A stretch of DNA of 64,000 bases, taken from positions 128,001 through 192,000 of the forward strand of contig OZ253376.1 in the NCBI GenBank assembly GCA_965261005.1, in the 5' to 3' direction. Source of the stretch: Deinococcus sp. (GTDB lineage: Bacteria; Deinococcota; Deinococci; Deinococcales; Deinococcaceae). This document shows, piece after piece, positions 11,691 to 20,829 of the stretch. Each line of letters opens with the position of its first letter. Within the stretch, counting starts at the first letter, position 1. The notes under the pieces were generated by a model. That model saw only the letters and a program-made list of their open reading frames with translations. It did no database searches and was not told the origin of the DNA. A program made the translations under genes and the position numbers.

Positions 11691-13069
11691 GCGAGCTGTC
11701 AGACGTCGGGGCCGTGCTGGACGCGCGCAAAGAGGCGTCCCTGGCCGATTTGGTCGCCCTCGCGTCCATTCCCAGCGTCAGCGCCCAAGCACTTTACAAA
11801 AACGATATGGCGCGCGCCGCGAGCTGGCTGGCCGACCGGCTGCGAAGCTGCGGGCCGCTCACCGTCGAGCGGTGGCCCACCGCCGGCCACCCCGCCGTGT
11901 ACGCCGAGTGGCTGGGCGCCCCCGGCAAGCCGACGGTCCTGGTCTACGGCCACTACGACGTGCAGCCGCCCGAGCCGCTGGAAAAGTGGCACAGCCCGCC
12001 CTTCACGCCGACCGTGCGGGACGGCCGCATCTACGGGCGCGGCGTGAGCGACGACAAGGGGCCGCTGCTGATCCCGGTGCAGGTGGCCGGCGCCTTTTTC
12101 GCGGCGCGCGGCGCCCTGCCCCTCAACGTCAAGTTCCTGTTCGAGGGCGAGGAGGAGGTCGGCAGCGCCCATCTGCCCGCCCTGGTTGAAGAAAAGGCGG
12201 GGCGCTTGGCGTGCGACCTCGTCCTCAGCGCCGACGGCGGCATGTGGAGCGCCGACGTGCCCTCGCTGACCGTCAGTGCGCGCGGCCTCGCCGCCCTGGA
12301 GTTCGTGGTGCGCGGCCCCGCCAAGGATGTGCACTCCGGGCGGCACGGCGGGGCGCTGCACAACCCGCTGCACGCCCTGGCGGCCCTGGTCGCGGGTCTG
12401 CACGACGGGGACGGCCGCGTGGCGGTGGCGGGCTTCTACGACGGCGCGCTGGACCTGACCCTGGAAGAGCGCGCAGGGCTGGCCCGCCTGCCCTGGGACG
12501 ACGGCGCATACCTGGAGCAAACCGGCGCCCCGGCCACCTACGGCGAACGCGGCTACGGCACGCTGGAACGCCAATGGCGCCGCCCCACCCTGGAGATCAA
12601 CGGGATGTGGGGCGGCTACACCGGCGAGGGCAGCAAGACGGTCCTGCCCTCGGAGGCGCGCGCCAAGCTCACCTGCCGCTTGGTGCCGGATCAGGACCCG
12701 GGGCGAATTGTCCGGTTGGTTTCCGCCCACCTGCGGGAACACCTGCCTCCCGGCGTCACGCTGGACATTCGGGAAGGCGACCACGGCGCCCGCGCCTACC
12801 AATTGCCAGAAGGGCATCCGGGGCGCCGGGCGGCCCGCACCGTGCTCAGGGAACTCTACGGCGCCGAACCGCTGGAGGTCGGCATGGGCGGCAGCATTCC
12901 CGTACTGGAGACGTTCTCTAATGTGCTGGGGGTGGACACGGTCTTCTTCTCCTTTGCGGTGGGCGACGAGGACATCCACGCCCCCAACGAATTCTTCCGC
13001 GTCCACAGGCTGTACGAGGGGCAGCGGGCCTGGGCGAGCCTGTGGGCGCGCTTGGCGGAGGGCGCGTGA
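11687..13069 (+). CDS. M20 family dipeptidase/metallohydrolase
   Basis: GTG at 11687 overlapping stop; YGHYDVQP, GRGVSDDKG, EGEEE, HSG, HAPNE. Confidence 0.92.
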   Translation: MSELSDVGAVLDARKEASLADLVALASIPSVSAQALYKNDMARAASWLADRLRSCGPLTVERWPTAGHPAVYAEWLGAPGKPTVLVYGHYDVQPPEPLEKWHSPPFTPTVRDGRIYGRGVSDDKGPLLIPVQVAGAFFAARGALPLNVKFLFEGEEEVGSAHLPALVEEKAGRLACDLVLSADGGMWSADVPSLTVSARGLAALEFVVRGPAKDVHSGRHGGALHNPLHALAALVAGLHDGDGRVAVAGFYDGALDLTLEERAGLARLPWDDGAYLEQTGAPATYGERGYGTLERQWRRPTLEINGMWGGYTGEGSKTVLPSEARAKLTCRLVPDQDPGRIVRLVSAHLREHLPPGVTLDIREGDHGARAYQLPEGHPGRRAARTVLRELYGAEPLEVGMGGSIPVLETFSNVLGVDTVFFSFAVGDEDIHAPNEFFRVHRLYEGQRAWASLWARLAEGA

Positions 13070-13683
13070 CCGTTCTGGCCGAGTTCCGCACTCTGCTGGA
13101 CGCGGGCGACCTCACCTGCACGGTCAGCGACGCCCTGGGGCGCGAGGGAGCGCTGGGGGCGGACTTCCGCCCGGTCTGGCCGGGGGCGCGCTTTGTCGGG
13201 GAGGCGGTGACGGTTCGCACCTTCGGCACGGACCTCAGCGCGGTCTTTGAGGCGCTGGAGCTGGCCCCGCCCGGGGCAGCGCTGGTAATTGACAGCCACG
13301 GCGTCCGCCACACCGCTTACTGGGGCGAGCGCACCACCCTGACCGCCCTGGCGCGCGGCCTCGCGGGCAGCGTGATTGACGGGGCCTGCCGCGACGTGAA
13401 CGCCGTGACGCGCCTGGGGTACCCGGTCTTCAGCACCGGCGTCACCCCCAACGCGGGTTTGCCGGGCGGGCGGGGCCGCGTGAACGTGCCGGTTCAGGTC
13501 GGCGGGGTGCCGGTGTCGCCGGGGGACCTGGTGATCGGCGACGAGAACGGGGTGGTGATCGTGCCGCGTGATCGGGCGGCGGCGACCCTCGCCCGCGTGC
13601 GCGAGTTGCTGGCGGCGGAGGAAGCGGCGCTCACCCAGGCCGCGACGGGCGCGGCCACACCACCCAAAGGAGAACCTTTGTGA
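13066..13683 (+). CDS. RraA / HMG-CHA aldolase family protein
   Basis: VSDAL, GEAVTV, WGE, DGACRD, VSPGDLVIGDENGVVIVP. Confidence 0.88.
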   Translation: MTVLAEFRTLLDAGDLTCTVSDALGREGALGADFRPVWPGARFVGEAVTVRTFGTDLSAVFEALELAPPGAALVIDSHGVRHTAYWGERTTLTALARGLAGSVIDGACRDVNAVTRLGYPVFSTGVTPNAGLPGGRGRVNVPVQVGGVPVSPGDLVIGDENGVVIVPRDRAAATLARVRELLAAEEAALTQAATGAATPPKGEPL

Positions 13684-15212
13684 CCGAGTTTCAGACCTTG
13701 TCGGCCGAGCTGAACGACCTGCTGTGCGTGCTGAACCTGCTGACCTGGGACGCGCGCACCCAGATGCCCCCCGGCGGCGGCAGCGCCCGCGCCCAGCAGC
13801 TCGCCACCGTCAGCGCCGTCGCGCGGGGACGCTTGCTGGACCCGGCCTTCGAGCGCGCCGCCGAGGAAGTGGCCGCGCAGGCGCCCCCGGACAGCTTGGA
13901 GAACCGCGCCGCCGCGCAGGCGCTGGAGGCCGTTCACGCCATGCGGCGCGTGCCGGCGCGCCTGACCCGCGATTTGGCCCTTCAGAAAAGCGAGGCGCAG
14001 GACGCCTGGGCGAGCGCGCGGGCGGCGAACGACTTCGCGCCCTTCGCGCCCTTTCTGGAGCGCATGGTCGCGCTGACCCGCGAACTCGCGGACGCCCTGG
14101 GCTATCAGGATCATCCCTACGACGCGCTGCTGGACCTCTACGAGCCTGGCCCGAGAAGCGCTGACCTGCTCGCGCTGTTTGCCCAGCTGCGCGCCCACCA
14201 CCTTCCTCTTTTAAACGCCATCAAAGAACGTCAAGAGCCGCGCACCGACTTTCTGGAGCGGCACTATCCCATTCCGCGGCAGCGCGCCTTTGCGCTGGAC
14301 GTCGCGCAAGCCTTCGGGTACGACCTCGCGCGCGGCCGGCTCGACGCCTCGCTGCACCCCTTCGAGATCAGCTTCACGCGCGGCGACGTGCGCATCACCA
14401 CCCGCTATCAAGAGCACTTCTTGCCCAGCGCGCTGTTCGGCACCCTGCACGAGACGGGGCACGCCCTTTACGAGCAGGGCGTGGCGCCGGAACTGAGCCG
14501 CTCGGTGCTGACCAGCGACCTGCTGGGCCTCTACGCCGTGGGCGGCGCCAGCTACGGCACCCACGAGAGCCAGTCGCGGCTGTGGGAAAACCGGGTCGGG
14601 CGCTCGCGCGCTTTCTGGGCGCTGCACTTTCCACGCCTCCAGGAAACCTTTCCCCAGCAGCTCGCGGACGTAAGCGCGGACGAGTTCTACCAGGCGGTCA
14701 ACCGGGTGCGCCCCTCCCCCATCCGGGTCGAGGCCGACGAGCTGACCTACGATCTGCACGTCATGCTGCGGGTGGACTTGGAAATGGCGCTGCTGGACGG
14801 GACCCTGGCCGCGCGCGACTTGCCGGAGGCTTGGAACGCGCGCATGCAGGAGAACCTGGGCCTCACGCCGCCGGACAACGCCCGCGGCGTCTTGCAGGAC
14901 ATCCACTGGGCGAGCGGCCTGTTCGGCTCGTTTCCCACCTACACGGTCGGCAACGTGATGGCCTCGCAGTTCTACGAGGCGGCGGGAAAGGCGCTGCCGG
15001 ACCTCGAAGGGCAGCTCGGGCGCGGCGAGTACGCCCCGCTGCGCGGCTGGCTGACCGATCAGGTGTACCAACACGGCCGCGCCTACACCCCGCACGAACT
15101 GCTGGTCCGGGCGACCGGGCGCGGCCTCGACCCCCAGCCGTACCTGAACTACCTGAGCGGCAAGTACGCCGCGCTCTACGGCCTGAGCGCCGCGCGGGAA
15201 AGCACCCAATAA
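13680..15212 (+). CDS. M32 carboxypeptidase (Taq-type)
   Basis: WD...MP, HPF, VRITTRY, HETGH, HESQS, IRVEADE, GVLQDIHW. Confidence 0.95.
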   Translation: MTEFQTLSAELNDLLCVLNLLTWDARTQMPPGGGSARAQQLATVSAVARGRLLDPAFERAAEEVAAQAPPDSLENRAAAQALEAVHAMRRVPARLTRDLALQKSEAQDAWASARAANDFAPFAPFLERMVALTRELADALGYQDHPYDALLDLYEPGPRSADLLALFAQLRAHHLPLLNAIKERQEPRTDFLERHYPIPRQRAFALDVAQAFGYDLARGRLDASLHPFEISFTRGDVRITTRYQEHFLPSALFGTLHETGHALYEQGVAPELSRSVLTSDLLGLYAVGGASYGTHESQSRLWENRVGRSRAFWALHFPRLQETFPQQLADVSADEFYQAVNRVRPSPIRVEADELTYDLHVMLRVDLEMALLDGTLAARDLPEAWNARMQENLGLTPPDNARGVLQDIHWASGLFGSFPTYTVGNVMASQFYEAAGKALPDLEGQLGRGEYAPLRGWLTDQVYQHGRAYTPHELLVRATGRGLDPQPYLNYLSGKYAALYGLSAARESTQ

Positions 15213-15287
15213 ATTTGGGAAAGTGTGTCAGTCACGGCGCCGACAGGAACCTTTATAGCCCGGCGGGTTCGGTCCTGCTGACCCGCC

Positions 15288-16451
15288 CTAGCCGTCCGCC
15301 GGGGGCCTCGACAGCTTGCCGGCGATCACGGCGCGCTTGGCGCCGGTGGTGTGGGGCAGGGTGTTGGGCCAGCCCTGAAAGGCGCAGTACCCCAGCACGG
15401 CAAAGGCCGCCGCCTCGCGCGCGACCGAGTTCCAACCGCGCTCCTCGAAGGTCAGGACCGGCACGGGAAAAAGCGCTTCTCTCAGCTGGCCCATCAAGGT
15501 CGGGTTGTAGGCCCCGCCCCCGGCCACCACGATCTCGTCGAGACCCAGCGGCAGCACGAAGCGCCGGTAGGCGTCCACAACGCTCCTCGCGCTAAAGGCC
15601 GTCACCGTGGCGGCGATGTCCCCCGCGTCCAACTCAAACACGCCCGGCATCCGTTGCAAGTTCCAGCGCTCGCGCCCGGTGGACTTCGGGGGCGGCGCCG
15701 CCAGATAAGCGTCCCCAAGCCAACCGTCCACCAACGTGCCCGCGACGTGGCCGCCCGCGCCCATGCGGCCCCCCTCATCAAAACGCCGCCCGAACAGCCC
15801 CGCCGCCTCGTCGATCAGGCAGTTGGCCGGCCCGGTGTCAAAGGCGACGACGCCCTCCTCGCTCAGCCCCGGCAGGTAGGTCAGGTTGCTGATGCCGCCG
15901 AGGTTGTGCACGGCCCGGCGCACCCCCGCCTCGGCGTACATCAGCCGGTCCGCGAAGGGAACCAGCGGCGCGCCTTGGCCGCCCGCCGCGAGGTCGGCGG
16001 TTCGGAAGTCGGAGACGACCGGCTTGCCGGTGCGCAGCGCGATCACGGCCGCCTCGCCGATCTGAAAAGTCGAGCGGGTGTGCCAGCCGCGCGCCGCGTC
16101 CAACTCGGGAATGTGGTGCAGCGTTTGGCCGTGGCTGGCGATCAGGTCGGCGCCCTCCGACAGCTCCGCCGCCGCCTCTGCCAGCGCCTCACCCAACCAG
16201 AAGTTGAGCTGCGCGATCTCACCCGTCCTGGCCTCGTCGCGGCCGGCCGCAAGCAGGGCCGTTCTCAGGTCGTCGGGAAAGGGGGTGGAGCGGTGTTCCA
16301 AAACCCTCGCGCGGGGCGCGGGACCGCTCAGCCCGGGGGGGCGGCGCCCCTCTCCCAGCGCCGGCCAGCCAGGCAGCTCGATCAAGGCCGCATCAATGCC
16401 GTCCACGCTGGTCCCGCTCATCAGGCCCAGCACGCGCGGAGCGCGGCTCAC
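15288..16451 (-). CDS. anmK: anhydro-N-acetylmuramic acid kinase
   Basis: [52 protein letters not shown]. Confidence 0.95.
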   Translation of the reverse strand: MSRAPRVLGLMSGTSVDGIDAALIELPGWPALGEGRRPPGLSGPAPRARVLEHRSTPFPDDLRTALLAAGRDEARTGEIAQLNFWLGEALAEAAAELSEGADLIASHGQTLHHIPELDAARGWHTRSTFQIGEAAVIALRTGKPVVSDFRTADLAAGGQGAPLVPFADRLMYAEAGVRRAVHNLGGISNLTYLPGLSEEGVVAFDTGPANCLIDEAAGLFGRRFDEGGRMGAGGHVAGTLVDGWLGDAYLAAPPPKSTGRERWNLQRMPGVFELDAGDIAATVTAFSARSVVDAYRRFVLPLGLDEIVVAGGGAYNPTLMGQLREALFPVPVLTFEERGWNSVAREAAAFAVLGYCAFQGWPNTLPHTTGAKRAVIAGKLSRPPADG

Positions 16452-16539
16452 CGCTCACCCTTGGACAGGTCGCCATTCAACACAACATCTCCTGACGCGA
16501 GCCTACCACCCGTGCCCCGCGGATCATGGGCGGGTCGCC

Positions 16540-17373
16540 TCACGCGGGTTGAAGACGCGCCAGCACGTCCAGATAGCGGACGGGGAACAGGCGCTGCACG
16601 AGGTCCAGAATGTGCGCGTCGCGTCCGATCAGAATGCGCCCCTCGCCGCGCTCCACCCCGTTCAGAATGCGGGCGGCGGCGTCCAGCGGCGACGTGACGA
16701 AGGTGCGCTCGAAGGCCGCCGTCTCCCGCGCGACCTCCTCGGGGGAGCGCTTGCTGAGGGACCCCACCCGGGCGCGGCGGGCGATGCCCGTCTTGATGCC
16801 GCCGGGATGCACCACGCTCAGGCCGACGCCCGTGCCCCGCAGTTCGGCGCGCAGGGCCTCCGAAAAGCCGCGCAGCGCGAACTTGCTGGCCGCGTAGCCC
16901 ATCTGCCCCGGCGGCGCGATCAAACCGAACACGCTCGACAAGTTGACGATGTGCGCCGCGCGCTCACGGCGCAGCAGCGGCAAAAAGCGGGCGCAGCCGT
17001 ACACCGCGCCCCAGAAGTTGACGCCCATGATCCATTCCAAGTCGGCCGTGCTGACCTCGTCGAAGGTGCCGCCCAGGGCCACGCCCGCGTTGTTGATCAG
17101 CAGGCTCGCGCGCCCGTGGGCCGCCTGCACCTCGCGGGCGAAGGCGGCCACGGCGGCCTCGACCGACACGTCCAGCGCGTGCGCCGTGATCCGGGTCCCG
17201 AAGGGACGCGCCAGCAAGGCGGTCTCGGCGACCGCGTCCGCGTTCACGTCGGCCAGCGCCAGGTCCGCCCCGCGCGCCGCGAGGTCGCGGGCGAGCGCCC
17301 GCCCGATGCCGGAACCCGCCCCGGTGACCACCGCAACGGTGTCAGACGAGAGGCGCATGCCAGCCCTTTTCAT
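16540..17373 (-). CDS. SDR family oxidoreductase (start 17373 or 17358)
   Basis: TGAGSGIG, NNAGV, YAASKFA, VHPGG. Confidence 0.92.
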   Translation of the reverse strand: MKRAGMRLSSDTVAVVTGAGSGIGRALARDLAARGADLALADVNADAVAETALLARPFGTRITAHALDVSVEAAVAAFAREVQAAHGRASLLINNAGVALGGTFDEVSTADLEWIMGVNFWGAVYGCARFLPLLRRERAAHIVNLSSVFGLIAPPGQMGYAASKFALRGFSEALRAELRGTGVGLSVVHPGGIKTGIARRARVGSLSKRSPEEVARETAAFERTFVTSPLDAAARILNGVERGEGRILIGRDAHILDLVQRLFPVRYLDVLARLQPA

Positions 17374-17430
17374 GCCAGCCCTTTTGACATTCGTTCATCG
17401 AACCTCCTTCACGCTCAAACAAACTTAAGA

Positions 17431-17580
17431 TGAGTCGAAGACGAATCCGAGCGGGCAGGCCCGATAGGTGCCGTTCTGCCCAAGACGCGGAGCGAGTAGA
17501 AGAGAGTACGGGATGGCGACGATGGAAATCTATGTTGGCGCTTTTCCAGCATAGATTGGAATCAAAGCAATCCCGTATCA
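17431..17580. repeat. degenerate Deinococcus SRE/SNR-like structured intergenic repeat
   Basis: Central GCGGAGCG motif, two hairpins and a 3' end ...CCGTATCA, all shared with the element at 40624-40763. Confidence 0.6.
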
Positions 17581-19008
17581 GTCGGCGCCCTGAACCGCAG
17601 GGCCGACCGGCGTTTCCGGCGGAGCGGGGTGGCCCCGCCGCTCCCCAAGCTGCGCGCGGGCGCGGGCGTGGTTTTCGCGCGTCACCGGGTAGCGCCACGC
17701 GAAGTACAGCCCCAGCGCGAACACCGCCGCCGCCGCCGGCCTCATCATCAGCTCGATGCCGCGCACGGTGCCCGCGCTTTGCAAGGCGCTGCCCGCCTTG
17801 TAGCCCAAGGCCGAGGTGAGCATCGCGTTGGCGAAGACGCCGACCGACCCGGCGGCCTTGAGGCCCAGCAGCAGCAGGGCGTAGAAGAGGCCCTCCCGCC
17901 GCCGCCCGCTCCTCAGCTCGTCGAACTCGATTACGTCGGGCAGCATGGCCCACGGAAACAGCGAGACCGCGGACAAGCCCAGCCCGTTGAGCGCGAGCGT
18001 GAGGGCGAGCGTCAAGGACGGCGCGCCGCGCGGCACGGCGTAGACGTACAGCAGCAAACTTACGATCAAGAGGGCCAGGCCGGTTAGCACGCTCGCGCGC
18101 TTGCCGACGCGGCCCGAGACCCAGTTCCACAGCGGAAAGGTCAGGATCGCCACCACGAACAGCCCGCCCAGCAGCGGCGCCTGCAAGCTCCCCCCCAAGC
18201 GCAGCACCGACTCGATGAAAAAGGGCAGCAGCGAGTTGACGATCATAAAGGCCAGCGCCGTCGAGAGAAACAGGCCCAGCAGCGCCGGAAAGCCAAAGGT
18301 GCCGAGCACCTGGCGCACCGCCGGCCAGCTGAGGCGCTGCGACTCCGCGTTTCCCTCCGCTCGCCCCGGCTCCTTTAGCCCAAAGGCCGTCACGAAAAAG
18401 GCGGCCGTGACCAGCAGGGCCGACAGCGCGCCCACGGCCAGCCAGCCGCTCGCCGGGCTGGAGGCGAGGTCGCTCGCCCCCGTCACCCCCAGGACGATCA
18501 GGGGCGGCAGCGCCACGCCCGCGAGGGTCGCGAGCATCGAAAAGGCCAGGCGGTAGGCGTTCAGGCTGGTGCGCTCGTCGTAGTCGGGCGTCAGCTCCGG
18601 CCCGAGGGCGAGGTAGGGAATGCTCGCCAGCGAGTACAGGACCGAGAGCGAGATGAAGCCGAGGCAGGCCAGGGCGAAGCGCCCGCCGGAGGCATACGGC
18701 AGCAGCCACAGCAGCCCGAACAGCAACCCGGCGGGCAGCGCGAAGACCCGCGTGAACCACAGCCGGCCGAGGCGAGGCTTCACGCGGTCGGACAGGTTGC
18801 CGATCAAGGGGTCCACCACCGCGTCGAACAGCCGCCCCACCAAAAAGGCCAAACCCGCCAGCAGCGGGGGCAGCTTGGCCACGTTGATCAGGTAGTACAG
18901 CAGCCAGGTGTTGCCGACGACGCCCACCAGGTTGCCGCCGAAGTCGGCCACGCCGTACAGCACCTTGTCGCGCACGCTGAGCCGAGCTGATCTGAGCCGA
19001 GCTGACAT
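17578..19008 (-). CDS. MFS transporter, glycoside-pentoside-hexuronide (MelB/GPH) family
   Basis: FDAVVDPLIGNLSDR, PELTPDYDERTSL, MLPDVIE...RREG. Confidence 0.92.
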   Translation of the reverse strand: MSARLRSARLSVRDKVLYGVADFGGNLVGVVGNTWLLYYLINVAKLPPLLAGLAFLVGRLFDAVVDPLIGNLSDRVKPRLGRLWFTRVFALPAGLLFGLLWLLPYASGGRFALACLGFISLSVLYSLASIPYLALGPELTPDYDERTSLNAYRLAFSMLATLAGVALPPLIVLGVTGASDLASSPASGWLAVGALSALLVTAAFFVTAFGLKEPGRAEGNAESQRLSWPAVRQVLGTFGFPALLGLFLSTALAFMIVNSLLPFFIESVLRLGGSLQAPLLGGLFVVAILTFPLWNWVSGRVGKRASVLTGLALLIVSLLLYVYAVPRGAPSLTLALTLALNGLGLSAVSLFPWAMLPDVIEFDELRSGRRREGLFYALLLLGLKAAGSVGVFANAMLTSALGYKAGSALQSAGTVRGIELMMRPAAAAVFALGLYFAWRYPVTRENHARARAQLGERRGHPAPPETPVGPAVQGAD

Positions 19009-19079
19009 GCGACACCTCCCCTGAGAGAACGTTAATGATTTGGCAGCTGTACGCCCACCCTAAGCGCAGACTGCTTCAA

Positions 19080-19784
19080 ATGAACGAACTCGTTTTAAGC
19101 GGTGAGACTGTGCGTGAGGTGACCGACCCGCAGGTGGTGCCGCGCCTGATGAACGGCTGGGAGATGCGCTACCTGGCCCCCTTTATGGGCCGCGAGGCGA
19201 CCCTGAGCGGGGCGGCGCGCGAGTTGGGCGTGAGCTTGCCCCGGCTGCACTATCAGGTGAACAAGCTGCTGGGCGAGGGCTTGTTGCGGCTCACGCGAAC
19301 GGAGCGCCGCGCGGGGCACCGGGTCAAGCTGTACCGGGCGGTCGCGGACGCCTTTTTCGTGCCCTTCGACTTGATGCCGCGCGAAGGGGTGGAGGAGGTG
19401 ATGGCCAGCGCGGACGAGCCGTGGCGCACGTTCTTCTTGCAGAGCCTGGCGCGGGTGTGGCGCGAGCATCCCGGCCGCTGGGGCATGCACATCGCCCGCG
19501 AGGGGGACGGCGGCATTCGGGCCGGCATCGTGCGGCGCACCGAACACGGCAGGAAACAGGCGCCGTGGAGCTTGGAGGACGCCGAGATGCCCGCCGTGCT
19601 GCTGGGCGGCTGGGTCACCGACCTCGCGCTCGACTTCGAGGACGCCAAGGCGTTGCAGCGCGAACTCGGCGCCGTGGTCGCCAGGTACCTGAACCGCCAC
19701 GGCGCCCAGCGCTACCTGCTGCAAACCCGCCTCGCCCCCCTACGCGCGGAGGGCGGCGCGGTGCCAAGGGTCACCGTGCGCTGA
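19080..19784 (+). CDS. winged-helix (ArsR-like) transcriptional regulator
   Basis: LAPFMGREATLSGAARELGVSLPRLHYQVNKLL...RVKLYRAVA; divergent from MFS; start uncertain. Confidence 0.72.
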   Translation: MNELVLSGETVREVTDPQVVPRLMNGWEMRYLAPFMGREATLSGAARELGVSLPRLHYQVNKLLGEGLLRLTRTERRAGHRVKLYRAVADAFFVPFDLMPREGVEEVMASADEPWRTFFLQSLARVWREHPGRWGMHIAREGDGGIRAGIVRRTEHGRKQAPWSLEDAEMPAVLLGGWVTDLALDFEDAKALQRELGAVVARYLNRHGAQRYLLQTRLAPLRAEGGAVPRVTVR

Positions 19785-19905
19785 TTCAAAGCGATAATTC
19801 AAATCTTTCTCGGTTTTTTAAGCGGGGCGCCGCTACGCTGGACAACCTCAGCGCTGGACCAACCGTCAATTCCCCTGCTCCGATCCCCTCCTCTGAAAGG
19901 ACGCC

Positions 19906-20829
19906 ATGACCCCCAGCATTCTGCGCACGCCCGACGAGGCGTTCAACGACCTGCCCGGCTACCCCTTCGCGCCGCACTATCTGGACGATTTGCCCGGCTA
20001 CGAGGGGATGCGGCTGCACTATCTGGACGAGGGGTCACGCGGCGCGCCGGTCTTTTTATGCCTGCACGGTGAGCCGTCGTGGAGCTACCTGTACCGCAAG
20101 ATGATCCCGGTGTTCGTGAACGCCGGCTTTCGCGCGGTCGCCCCAGACTTCTTCGGCTTCGGCAAGTCCGACAAGCCCGCCGACGAGGCGACCTACAGCT
20201 TTGACTTTCACCGGCAGAGTCTCCTGCGCCTGATTGGGCGCCTGGACCTGGAGGACGTCACGCTGGTCTGCCAGGACTGGGGCGGGTTGATCGGCCTGAC
20301 GCTGCCACCGGACCTGCCGGAACGGTTTTCGCGCCTGCTGGTCATGAACACCGCCCTGGCGACGGGGGACATTCCGCTGGGGCCGGGCTTTCTGGCGTGG
20401 CGGGCCTACTCGAATGCCCACCCCGACCTCGACGTGCCGGCCCTGTTTAAGCGCTCGTGCCCCGGGATTTCTGGTGAAGTGGCCGCCGCCTACGGCGCCC
20501 CCTTTCCGGACGCGCGCTACAAGGCGGGCAGCCGCGCCTTTCCCAAGCTGGTGCCGGACCGACCCGACGCGCCGGGGGCCGCGCTCTCGCGCCGGGCGCG
20601 CGGGTGGTGGCGCGAGGAGTGGACCGGCGAGAGCTTTATGGCGGTGGGCGTGCAGGACCCGGTGCTGGGCGTCGGCGCCATGACCTACCTGCGCGGCCTG
20701 ATCAAAAATTGCCCGCCGCCGCTCGACATTCCGCAGGGCGGGCACTTCGTGCAAGAGGACGCGGGCGAGACCATCGCCATGAGCGCTCTGCAAGCCTTCG
20801 GCCTCTACGGCGAGGGGGGCGGGACGTGA
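19906..20829 (+). CDS. haloalkane dehalogenase (HLD-I/DhlA-like)
   Basis: LRTPD, HGEPSWSYLYR, GFGKSDKP, QDWGG nucleophile, GHFVQE. Confidence 0.9.
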   Translation: MTPSILRTPDEAFNDLPGYPFAPHYLDDLPGYEGMRLHYLDEGSRGAPVFLCLHGEPSWSYLYRKMIPVFVNAGFRAVAPDFFGFGKSDKPADEATYSFDFHRQSLLRLIGRLDLEDVTLVCQDWGGLIGLTLPPDLPERFSRLLVMNTALATGDIPLGPGFLAWRAYSNAHPDLDVPALFKRSCPGISGEVAAAYGAPFPDARYKAGSRAFPKLVPDRPDAPGAALSRRARGWWREEWTGESFMAVGVQDPVLGVGAMTYLRGLIKNCPPPLDIPQGGHFVQEDAGETIAMSALQAFGLYGEGGGT

